From Candidatus Latescibacterota bacterium (GTDB lineage Bacteria; Latescibacterota; UBA2968; UBA8231), in NCBI GenBank assembly GCA_965219385.1, contig CBDCNM010000001.1, positions 608,631-672,630 of the forward strand: DNA of 64,000 nt. The letters run 5' to 3'. Positions within the stretch are counted from its first letter, which is position 1; each line of letters starts with the position of its first letter. The position numbers and the translations under genes were made by a program. This document shows positions 56,392 to 64,000 of this stretch, piece after piece. The notes beneath the pieces were generated by a model. The model made no database searches. It saw only the letters and a list, made by a program, of their open reading frames with translations, and was not told the origin of the DNA.

Positions 56392-57882
56392 ATGCAACTG
56401 CGACAATTGCTGGAAGTTTTGCCCCCCGCCCGGGTACAGGGTCCTGTAGATATACCCATAGGCAAGATCGAGTGCGATTCCCGCCGGGTAGCAGAGGGGG
56501 ATCTCTTCGTGGCTGTTCGCGGTGGCGAGGAACAGGACCGGCATTGCTTTGTCCCGGATGCCCTGGCCAATAAAGCAAGCGCAATTGTCGCGGAGGAAGA
56601 GGTCGAGACAGGTCCGGCAACGCGGGTTCTGGTCGAAAATTGCCGGAAGACACTGGCCAAACTCGCCGCTCATTACTACAATTATCCGGATAGAGAGTTG
56701 TTGACGGTGGGAATAACCGGGACCAATGGCAAGACCACCACGGCTTATTTGATCCGGCAAGTTCTGGAGGCGGCTGGCAGGGCTTGTGGGTACGTAGGCA
56801 CCCTCGGATATCAGGTTGGCGGGAGGCTCGAAAAAACGGCCAATACCACCCCTGAGGCAGTGGAGTTATACGCCCTTCTCCAGGGCATGGTAAAGGCTGG
56901 TAAAGAGGCGGCTGTCCTGGAGGTTTCTTCCCATGCCCTGGCCTTGGAGCGCGTAGCCGGTCTAGGGTTCGATGCGGCGGTATTTACCAATTTGTCCAGG
57001 GATCACCTCAATTTCCATGGGAGCGATGAAAATTATTTCAATGCCAAGGCCCGGTTGTTTGAAGACCTGAAAAAATCGCGGGGTGCCAGGGCGATTATCA
57101 ATGCCGATGATGGAGTGGCTCCAAGATTGCTGGAACGGTTGGATGTGCCGGTTTTTACATTCGGTTATGGAAGCGATGCAATGGTGTGCCTGCAAGAGGA
57201 GGAGCGGATGGAAGAGGGGATGAGCCTGCAGGTGCGGACGCCTGGAGGAAAAATTCAACTACAAACCCGGTTGACGGGAAGGTTTAATTGCTATAATGTA
57301 TTGGCTGCGATCTCCTGTGGCCTGGCGCTGGAGATAAAGCTTGAAGCAATTTGCAATGGGATTGCCGATCTGGAGAAGATACCTGGGCGTTTCGAGCGTA
57401 TAGTCGCGGGCCAGGGTTTTGAAGTCCTAGTGGATTACGCCCATACTCCCGTGGCGTTGGAGACGGTTCTGGAAGCTGCTCGGGAACTGACTCAGGGGCG
57501 TTTGATTTGTGCTTTCGGGTGCGGGGGAGACCGGGATCGGGGCAAGCGCCCACTGATGGGCAAAGTGGCGGCTGATCTGGCGGATTTGGTCTATGTAACT
57601 TCGGACAATCCGCGCACCGAGTCTCCCGGGGAAATCATTGACGAAATCGTGGCGGGCATGCCGGGCGACGGTGCAGTGCGGATTTTCCCCGACCGCCGCG
57701 AGGCCATACACAAAGCTCTGGGCACGGCCATGCCGGGCGATGTAGTCGTGATAGCTGGCAAGGGGCACGAAATGGGCCAGGATCTGGGCGCTCGGGTCGT
57801 CGACTTCGATGATCGCCAGGTTGCCCGAGAGGGGTTGCGGGAAATAATGCTCCGCGGAGGAACCAGGGAGCACGGTGGCTAG
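56392..57882 (+). CDS. murE: UDP-MurNAc-tripeptide synthetase (meso-DAP type)
   Basis: GITGTNGKTT, EVSSH, DYAHTP, SDNPR, AGKGHE. Confidence 0.96.
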   Translation: MQLRQLLEVLPPARVQGPVDIPIGKIECDSRRVAEGDLFVAVRGGEEQDRHCFVPDALANKASAIVAEEEVETGPATRVLVENCRKTLAKLAAHYYNYPDRELLTVGITGTNGKTTTAYLIRQVLEAAGRACGYVGTLGYQVGGRLEKTANTTPEAVELYALLQGMVKAGKEAAVLEVSSHALALERVAGLGFDAAVFTNLSRDHLNFHGSDENYFNAKARLFEDLKKSRGARAIINADDGVAPRLLERLDVPVFTFGYGSDAMVCLQEEERMEEGMSLQVRTPGGKIQLQTRLTGRFNCYNVLAAISCGLALEIKLEAICNGIADLEKIPGRFERIVAGQGFEVLVDYAHTPVALETVLEAARELTQGRLICAFGCGGDRDRGKRPLMGKVAADLADLVYVTSDNPRTESPGEIIDEIVAGMPGDGAVRIFPDRREAIHKALGTAMPGDVVVIAGKGHEMGQDLGARVVDFDDRQVAREGLREIMLRGGTREHGG

Positions 57883-59258
57883 TGGAAGAAGTCTGCCTCG
57901 GTGAAATTCAGCAGTGGACGGGTGCGCAGCTTGTTGGTATCTTAAGTGGAGCCAGGCCGCTTCCGGGAATCTCCACCGATACCAGGACGATTGTAAAAGG
58001 GGAGCTTTTCCTGGCTCTTCGGGGGCCTAATTTCGCTGGCCATGAATTCATCGAAGAGGCTTTCGAGCGCGGCGCCTGTGGCGCTATGGTTGAACGCAGC
58101 TGGGTGGAACGCGGAGGAGGATCAACGGCCGGTCCTTTGTTGGTGGTCCCCTCAACCCTGGAGGCGCTGGGCACAATTGCCCGGCACTATCGCCGACGTT
58201 TCGACCTGCCGGTGATCGGGGTGGTGGGCAGTGCGGGCAAGACGACCACCAAGGAAATGATCGCTACAGTCCTGGCACGGAAATACCAGGTACTAAAAAC
58301 GATTGGCACTGAGAATAATGAAGTTGGGGTCCCCAAGACGCTTTTACAGCTCACCCAGAAACACGAGGCGGTGGTTCTGGAACTGGCAGCCCGCAAGTTC
58401 GGGGATATAAAGTACCTTTGTTCCTGCGCCCAGCCCACGATCGGGGTGCTACTCAACATAGGGACCGCACATATTGAATTTTTTGGCTCTGTAGAGGGAG
58501 TGGCCAAAGCCAAAGGGGAGCTCCTGGAATATCTGGATGAGTCTTGTATGGCTCTCGTAAACGCCGATGACTGTGTCGTGGTTAAGGAGGTTAAGAGGAC
58601 AAAGGGGAGACTCCTTGCCTTCAGTCTTGAGCGTGAGAGCCAGTTTCGTGGGGAGGGACTCGTCCTGGATCAGGAGGGCCGCGGCCACTTCTCTCTACAG
58701 ACAATTTCTTTAGATTTAAAGATTCCGGGTCGCCACAATGTATACAATGCACTGGCGGCCGCGGCCGTGGGACGTATTCTGGATCTACCCTGGGAGGATA
58801 TCCGGGATGCCCTTGCTTCTTTCCAGGCGCCTCCCATGCGCGGAGAGATCTTGCGCAAAAATGGGATTGGCATTATCAATGATACCTATAATGCCAATCC
58901 AGGTTCCTTGCAGGCGGCACTTGAACTCCTCAAAGATCTGGATGCGGCAGGTGGGCGGAAGATTGTGGTGCTGGGAGATATGTTGGAATTGGGGCAACAA
59001 AGCGCAGCTCTACACGCCGATATTGGTCGTCGTCTAACTGCCCTGAATATAGATTTGTTTTTTGCCACGGGTCCTCTGAGCGCAGAAACCATCAAAGCGG
59101 CCAGAAGGGCCGGGATGAGAGAAGAACAGACACGCCATTTTGAAGACAAATCCGACCTGGGTGATTACCTCAGTACTATTCTGCAAGAAAAGGACATTGT
59201 GCTGGTTAAAGGTTCCCGGGGCATGAAACTGGAAGAGGTCATCGACCACATCGCCTGA
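57882..59258 (+). CDS. murF: UDP-MurNAc-pentapeptide synthetase
   Basis: GSAGKTTTKE, NNEVGVP, DTYNANP, LGDMLELG, KGSRG. Confidence 0.96.
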   Translation: MEEVCLGEIQQWTGAQLVGILSGARPLPGISTDTRTIVKGELFLALRGPNFAGHEFIEEAFERGACGAMVERSWVERGGGSTAGPLLVVPSTLEALGTIARHYRRRFDLPVIGVVGSAGKTTTKEMIATVLARKYQVLKTIGTENNEVGVPKTLLQLTQKHEAVVLELAARKFGDIKYLCSCAQPTIGVLLNIGTAHIEFFGSVEGVAKAKGELLEYLDESCMALVNADDCVVVKEVKRTKGRLLAFSLERESQFRGEGLVLDQEGRGHFSLQTISLDLKIPGRHNVYNALAAAAVGRILDLPWEDIRDALASFQAPPMRGEILRKNGIGIINDTYNANPGSLQAALELLKDLDAAGGRKIVVLGDMLELGQQSAALHADIGRRLTALNIDLFFATGPLSAETIKAARRAGMREEQTRHFEDKSDLGDYLSTILQEKDIVLVKGSRGMKLEEVIDHIA

Positions 59259-59463
59259 CGGAGGAGCGCTTACAGCACTCTCGGGATTGATCCCGGTAAT
59301 GAAGTAATGGTTTTGTCCCTCCCCTGCGGACATTTTTATCCATTCCCCACCGTTTTTGTTTAGTTCCTATTTCCTTTTCTATCCATAGTCTATGGTGCTC
59401 TCCCTGCGCCTGATTGGGGATTTTTGCCCCTTTCTGAAACAGGATTCGGCCGGAAGGCACACC

Positions 59464-60612
59464 ATGAAAGCAGTTCAAAGAGCTGGCATGCAGGTGCTGG
59501 TAATCTCCCTGATACTGGTGGGGCTTGGCATCGTGATGGTATATAGTTCCAGTTCGGTGCTGGCTAGCATCCGATTTGCCGACAGCAGTTTTTTTCTGGA
59601 ACGTCAGATTATCCGGGCTTTGATCGGCCTGGTCATCATGTTTGTCGTGGCATGCGTCCCACTAGGGGTATGGGCGCGAATAGCCACACTGTTGCTGCTG
59701 ATCGGCCTGACCTCTCTGGTGCTGGTGATGATTTTAGGACAGGGGCCGGCGCAACGCTGGTTGCCACTGCCGGCCGTGCTATCGAGTTTTTCCTTTCAGC
59801 CCTCCGAGTTTGTCAAACTGGCCCTTGTTCTGTATCTGGCGGATGTCCTGGTGCGCAAAGAAGGTCAGATGCAGGATTTCAAGTCGGGGTTCATGCCGCG
59901 CATGCTGGTCATAGGTCTGGTTGTGGTTTTGATTGCCTTGCAGCCGGACCTGGGGACAGCCATTGCCGTAGGTATAATTTCCTTTGTCATGTTGTGGGTA
60001 GGGGGCGCGCGTTTTCCACACCTGTTGTACACCGGGCTGGCTACCCTGCCTATCATCGCTCTTTCGCTTTTCTTTTCTCGCTATCAGCTACAGAGAGTTT
60101 TGAGCTTTCTGGACGGAAGTGATACCAGGGGAGCAGATTACCAGGTCTCACAATCCCTGCTGGCTCTGGGAAGTGGAGGGGGGATCGGCGTGGGATTGGG
60201 AAACAGTATGCAGAAACAACAGTTCCTTCCCGCACCACATACCGATTTTGTCTTCGCCTTTATTGGGGAAGAGCTGGGGCTGGCAGGCACTCTCAGCGTG
60301 ATCGGGCTTTTTGTCGCCCTGGCCATACACGGATTTCGCATAGCCAGACAGGCGCCAACCCATCACGGATTTCTGGTGGCGACGGGCATCACTGTCATGA
60401 TTTCCGTGTACGCGGTGATCAATATCGGAGTAGTGACGGGCATGCTGCCCACCACAGGTTTACCTCTGCCTTTTATCAGCTATGGCGGTTCATCGTTGTT
60501 GTGGAATTTAAGTGGGGTGGGCATCCTAGTCGGGGTGGCGCGGGCCAGCTCTCAAGAGGCGGTACCCCGGAAGGGCCCAAATCAGGACCGGAGCTTTGTG
60601 CAAAAATTGTAA
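59464..60612 (+). CDS. ftsW: SEDS peptidoglycan glycosyltransferase FtsW
   Basis: MVYSSS, QPSEFVK, QPDLG, PAPHTDF, GEELG, LPFISYGGSS. Confidence 0.95.
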   Translation: MKAVQRAGMQVLVISLILVGLGIVMVYSSSSVLASIRFADSSFFLERQIIRALIGLVIMFVVACVPLGVWARIATLLLLIGLTSLVLVMILGQGPAQRWLPLPAVLSSFSFQPSEFVKLALVLYLADVLVRKEGQMQDFKSGFMPRMLVIGLVVVLIALQPDLGTAIAVGIISFVMLWVGGARFPHLLYTGLATLPIIALSLFFSRYQLQRVLSFLDGSDTRGADYQVSQSLLALGSGGGIGVGLGNSMQKQQFLPAPHTDFVFAFIGEELGLAGTLSVIGLFVALAIHGFRIARQAPTHHGFLVATGITVMISVYAVINIGVVTGMLPTTGLPLPFISYGGSSLLWNLSGVGILVGVARASSQEAVPRKGPNQDRSFVQKL

Positions 60613-61994
60613 TGAAGCCCCTCTTCCAAAAGTTCAGTCAGGTTCACCTGGTGGGTATAGGTGGGGTGGGTATGTCGGGGCTGGCAAATGTTCTACGCCA
60701 GCTTGGCTGTAGGATCAGTGGCTCGGATCGGTCCTCTTTCCAGGGCGTAGAGGGTTTGCGCCAGGAGGGAATAGAGGTCCATATCGGCCATCGGGCCGAT
60801 CAGGTACAAGGGGCGGACCTGGTGGTTTATTCCGCTGCTGTAGCTAGCGACAATGAGGAACTGGTCCAGGCCCGACGTCTAGGGGTACCTGTAGTCAGGC
60901 GGGCCGAGGTACTGGGGGAGTTTACCCGGTCCTATTTTGTCATCGGGGTGGCCGGCAGTCACGGCAAGACGACCACGGCATCCATGGTTGCGAGCATTCT
61001 CGTGGAGGGAAAGCTCAAGCCTTCTATGCTGATCGGCGGTTGGGTAGAGGGGCAAGTCCAGGCGGCATTGGGGAGGGGGGAGTTTTTTGTGGTGGAGGCC
61101 GATGAATACGATCGAAGTTTTCTCAGTCTGTATCCGTCCGCGGCGATCGTAACTACCATCGATGCCGAACACCTGGACTGCTATCGCGATCTGGACGAGG
61201 TGCAGGAGGCCTTTCTTCAGTACCTGAAGCGTCTGCCGTTTTACGGACATTGTCTGTTGGGGGGGGACGATCCAGGTGTCCTGGATATTGGGGAGCATAT
61301 AGACAGGCCCCATTTTACCTTTGGTCTGAAGACGACAAACGACTATCGGGCGGAAAACATTCAGCACCGTGCCTGGGGCAGTTGTTTCGAATGGTCTCTT
61401 CGGGGGGAATGCCTGGGCTTGATTGAACTGGTCGTCCCCGGTGAGCACAATGTGCGAAATGCGCTGGGAGCAGCTGGCTTGGCCCATTCTCTAGGGGTGG
61501 ATGTGGAGGCGATCGAGGCCGGCCTGCGGGTATTTGCCGGAGTTGAGCGGCGTTTCGAAAAGAAGGGGGAGGTCGAAGGTATACTGGTGATCGATGACTA
61601 CGCCCACCATCCCGTTGAAGTCGCTGCGGCGTTGGCGGCCGCCAGGAACTGCGGTCGGCGGGTGGTGGCGGTCTTTCAGCCCCATCTTTATTCGCGGACA
61701 CGCGATTTTCTGGAGGATTTTGCCCGGGTTTTGCAACAGGCAGATCAGGTCCTTCTGACGGGAATATATGGCTCCAGAGAAGCGCCACTTCCCGATATCC
61801 ACGCTGGGTTGATCGCCCAGACGATGGGCCGGCAGGGCTTTGAAGAGGTAGAATACATCCCCTGTTTGGGGCAGGTAGCCACCCGCCTGCTGGAAATCTG
61901 CAGGGCCGGTGACCTGGTTGTGACTCTCGGTGCGGGTGATATCGATCGGGTCGGAGCCGAGTTGCTGGAGGCACTCGGCGCAAAAAACACCTAG
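60612..61994 (+). CDS. murC: UDP-MurNAc-L-alanine ligase
   Basis: GIGGVGMSGLA, GSHGKTTT, EADEYD, DDYAHHP, FQPHLYSRT; TAATG overlap with ftsW. Confidence 0.96.
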   Translation: MKPLFQKFSQVHLVGIGGVGMSGLANVLRQLGCRISGSDRSSFQGVEGLRQEGIEVHIGHRADQVQGADLVVYSAAVASDNEELVQARRLGVPVVRRAEVLGEFTRSYFVIGVAGSHGKTTTASMVASILVEGKLKPSMLIGGWVEGQVQAALGRGEFFVVEADEYDRSFLSLYPSAAIVTTIDAEHLDCYRDLDEVQEAFLQYLKRLPFYGHCLLGGDDPGVLDIGEHIDRPHFTFGLKTTNDYRAENIQHRAWGSCFEWSLRGECLGLIELVVPGEHNVRNALGAAGLAHSLGVDVEAIEAGLRVFAGVERRFEKKGEVEGILVIDDYAHHPVEVAAALAAARNCGRRVVAVFQPHLYSRTRDFLEDFARVLQQADQVLLTGIYGSREAPLPDIHAGLIAQTMGRQGFEEVEYIPCLGQVATRLLEICRAGDLVVTLGAGDIDRVGAELLEALGAKNT

Positions 61995-62004
61995 GCAGGG
62001 AGAC

Positions 62005-62853
62005 ATGGGGCGCACAAATAGCATGAGGGGGAAGAAATCCATGGTCGTTCCGCTCACGGGCAAAGGCAAGGGCCAATCGAGGAAAATTTGTTGGGGTCTG
62101 TTGGTCTATACCCTGCTGGTGGTGGTAATAGGGGGGCTGGTATTCGCAGGGGTGCATATAGCCCGGCATTTTTCCGAATCGTCCAGTTTCAGGCTGGCTG
62201 CGCTTGAAGTCCAAGGCTTGCACCTGCTGAAGGGCGGGGATATCCTGGCGGCCAGCGGTCTCCAGGTGGGGGACAATATCTTTGAAGTCAATCTGGAAAA
62301 AGTTGGGGGACGCCTCGAGCGCTTGCCCTGGGTGAAGCAGGCCCTGGTCGTGCGCAAGCCTCCCGATCGACTGATGGTTTCTATCGTCGAACGCCGGCGT
62401 CTGGCCTGGATCGAGTTGGAGAAGCTCTACGGTATCGATAGCGAAGGGATACTGCTGCCCGGGCGCTGGGCGGAAGAATCCTATCGAGATCTCGATTTAC
62501 CGGTTTTCAGAGGGTTCAGAGCAATTCAGGACTCTCTGGGCCTGGGGGAAACTGTAGCAGATTCCGTTGTGGCACGGATCCTGGAATGGTGGCAAAAGGC
62601 CAGTGCAATCGACGCGGACTTCTGCTTGAATGTGTCGGAGATACAGCCACTCGATGATAGCAGTATACGCCTCCGCCTGGTGGGAGATGGGCTGGAAGTC
62701 CGCCTGCCTGTAGACAGGGTTGGAGAACGGCTCAGGATTCTCAAAAAGCTCATGAATCGGGTCTACCTTGAATGTCCGGAACCAACCTATATCGACCTCA
62801 GGTTCGCCGGGCAGGTAGTGGTTGGCAGTAAAAGCGCGCAACGGCGTATCTGA
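62005..62853 (+). CDS. ftsQ: Cell division protein FtsQ/DivIB
   Basis: TM helix, POTRA-like LPWVKQALVVRKPPD, YIDLRF. Confidence 0.88.
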   Translation: MGRTNSMRGKKSMVVPLTGKGKGQSRKICWGLLVYTLLVVVIGGLVFAGVHIARHFSESSSFRLAALEVQGLHLLKGGDILAASGLQVGDNIFEVNLEKVGGRLERLPWVKQALVVRKPPDRLMVSIVERRRLAWIELEKLYGIDSEGILLPGRWAEESYRDLDLPVFRGFRAIQDSLGLGETVADSVVARILEWWQKASAIDADFCLNVSEIQPLDDSSIRLRLVGDGLEVRLPVDRVGERLRILKKLMNRVYLECPEPTYIDLRFAGQVVVGSKSAQRRI

Positions 62854-62877
62854 ACGAAAGCGAAGGAGAGTAGCGGC

Positions 62878-64000
62878 ATGGCGCATGGGGGCATGGTGGT
62901 TGGTCTGGATCTCGGTACTACCAAGATCTGCGCCGTCATCGCTGAACGAATGGCCCACGGGGGGATACATATCATCGGGGTGGGAAATAGTTCGTCCGAT
63001 GGACTCCGGCGGGGCGTGGTCGTGGATGTGGAGAAGACCGTCCTGTCGATCAAGAAGGCCGTGGAAGAAGCCGAATTGATGGCCGGAGTGGAGGTCAGTT
63101 CGGTCTACGCCGGCATTGCCGGTGAACATATCGGCAGTCTCAATAGTCGCGGGATCATCGCCATTGGGGGCCACGCCCGGGAAATAGTTACGGCGGATCG
63201 AGAGCGGGTTGAGGAAGCGGCGTGCGCCGTGGCAGCTGTGCCCATTGACCGCGAGGTTCTCCACGTCTTGCCGCAGGAATTCATGGTAGACGACCAGAGG
63301 GAAATTCGCGACCCTACAGGCATGTCCGGGGTGCGCCTGGAGGTCGATGTGCACATCGTTACCGGCGCGGTGACTTCGGCACAGAATATCTGCAAGAGCA
63401 TTTTGCGGGCGGGTATCGAGGTGAGAGACATCGTGCTGGAGCCTCTGGCGTCGAGTTGGGCGGTTCTGGATGAGGAGGAAAAAGAAATGGGGATTTGTGT
63501 GGTGGACGTCGGAGGAGGTACCACGGATATGGCTCTCTTCGCCCAGGGCAGTGTGCGCCACACCGGTGTCATTGGCCTTGGAGGACAGAATGTAACCAAC
63601 GATGTCGCCATTGGGTTGCGCACTTCCTGGCCGCACGCGGAAAAAATAAAGTGCGATCGCGGAACGGCGCTGGCAGGGCGCGTCGATGCGGAAGAAATGG
63701 TCGAGGTCCCGGGCATTGCCGGCCGGCCGCCGCGCTCAGTTTCGCGCCGGGATCTGGGGGCTATTATCGGGCCGCGCATGGAAGAAATTTTTACCATGGT
63801 ACGCCGGGAACTTGTGGAGAGGGCTGGGGGCAATATGCCGCATTCCGGCGTCGTCCTGACGGGTGGAGGCGCCCTGCTCAATGGGGCCGTCGAACTGGCC
63901 GAGCAAGTATTTGAGAGACCGGTGCGCCTGGGGGTGCCCCGGGGCGTTGAAGGTATGGCAGAAAGAGTGACGAGCCCTGTCTATGCCACGGCGCTGGGAC
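62878..64000 (+). CDS. ftsA: Cell division protein FtsA (runs off the 3' end)
   Basis: Read from the sequence: GLDLGTTKIC, GMSGVRLEVDVH, DVGGGTTD, VLTGGGA, YATALG. Confidence 0.95.
   Translation, partial: MAHGGMVVGLDLGTTKICAVIAERMAHGGIHIIGVGNSSSDGLRRGVVVDVEKTVLSIKKAVEEAELMAGVEVSSVYAGIAGEHIGSLNSRGIIAIGGHAREIVTADRERVEEAACAVAAVPIDREVLHVLPQEFMVDDQREIRDPTGMSGVRLEVDVHIVTGAVTSAQNICKSILRAGIEVRDIVLEPLASSWAVLDEEEKEMGICVVDVGGGTTDMALFAQGSVRHTGVIGLGGQNVTNDVAIGLRTSWPHAEKIKCDRGTALAGRVDAEEMVEVPGIAGRPPRSVSRRDLGAIIGPRMEEIFTMVRRELVERAGGNMPHSGVVLTGGGALLNGAVELAEQVFERPVRLGVPRGVEGMAERVTSPVYATALG

Noticed and set aside
59259..59463. Remnants of mraY or murD in the murF-ftsW gap
   Set aside because: No convincing peptide match by eye, unlike the dnaK scar.
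63495..63914. 139-aa ORF from the track at the window end
   Set aside because: Out of frame with ftsA, which starts at 62878 and is missing from the track only because it has no stop within the window.

Overview
Bacterial chromosomal window, moderately GC-rich and gene-dense, with almost all genes on the + strand. Two FG-GAP/ASPIC-UnbV lipoproteins, a FlgD-Ig-type C-terminal remnant, fused ispDF and a DNPR-type MurE suggest a diderm FCB-group organism such as Latescibacterota (inference only). 1-17 kb is an accessory cell-envelope region: a DxxGxDxY-repeat protein, two FG-GAP/ASPIC-UnbV lipoproteins, a Thr-type sulfatase-like protein, ExbB-ExbD-ExbD with no adjacent TonB, an amino-sugar modification cluster, a putative outer-membrane barrel and a Tat-exported molybdoenzyme. 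The rest is mostly housekeeping: glnA; hrcA-grpE-(dnaK scar)-dnaJ-mrp-prmA-rsmE-aroQ; an rnhB-yraN fusion; pyrC; a fused ECF ATPase; queA; ispDF; rplM-rpsI-rpsB-tsf-frr; tRNA-Ala(TGC); ssb; an orphan N6-MTase; cysK; merR-iscA-iscS-moeB-trmB; and a dcw cluster lacking mraY, murD, murG, murB and ddl. There are two near-identical IS630 copies, one sandwiched between two identical 72-bp miniature inverted-repeat elements. The most notable observations are: (1) a 54-bp scar in which the first and last codons of dnaK appear fused; (2) an ExbD pair in which one copy has Asn at the normally essential transmembrane Asp; (3) the MITE-IS630-MITE array at CTAG sites; (4) a Cys-rich MerR regulator heading an Fe-S/sulfur-relay cluster. 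All product calls come from motif recognition, not database searches.
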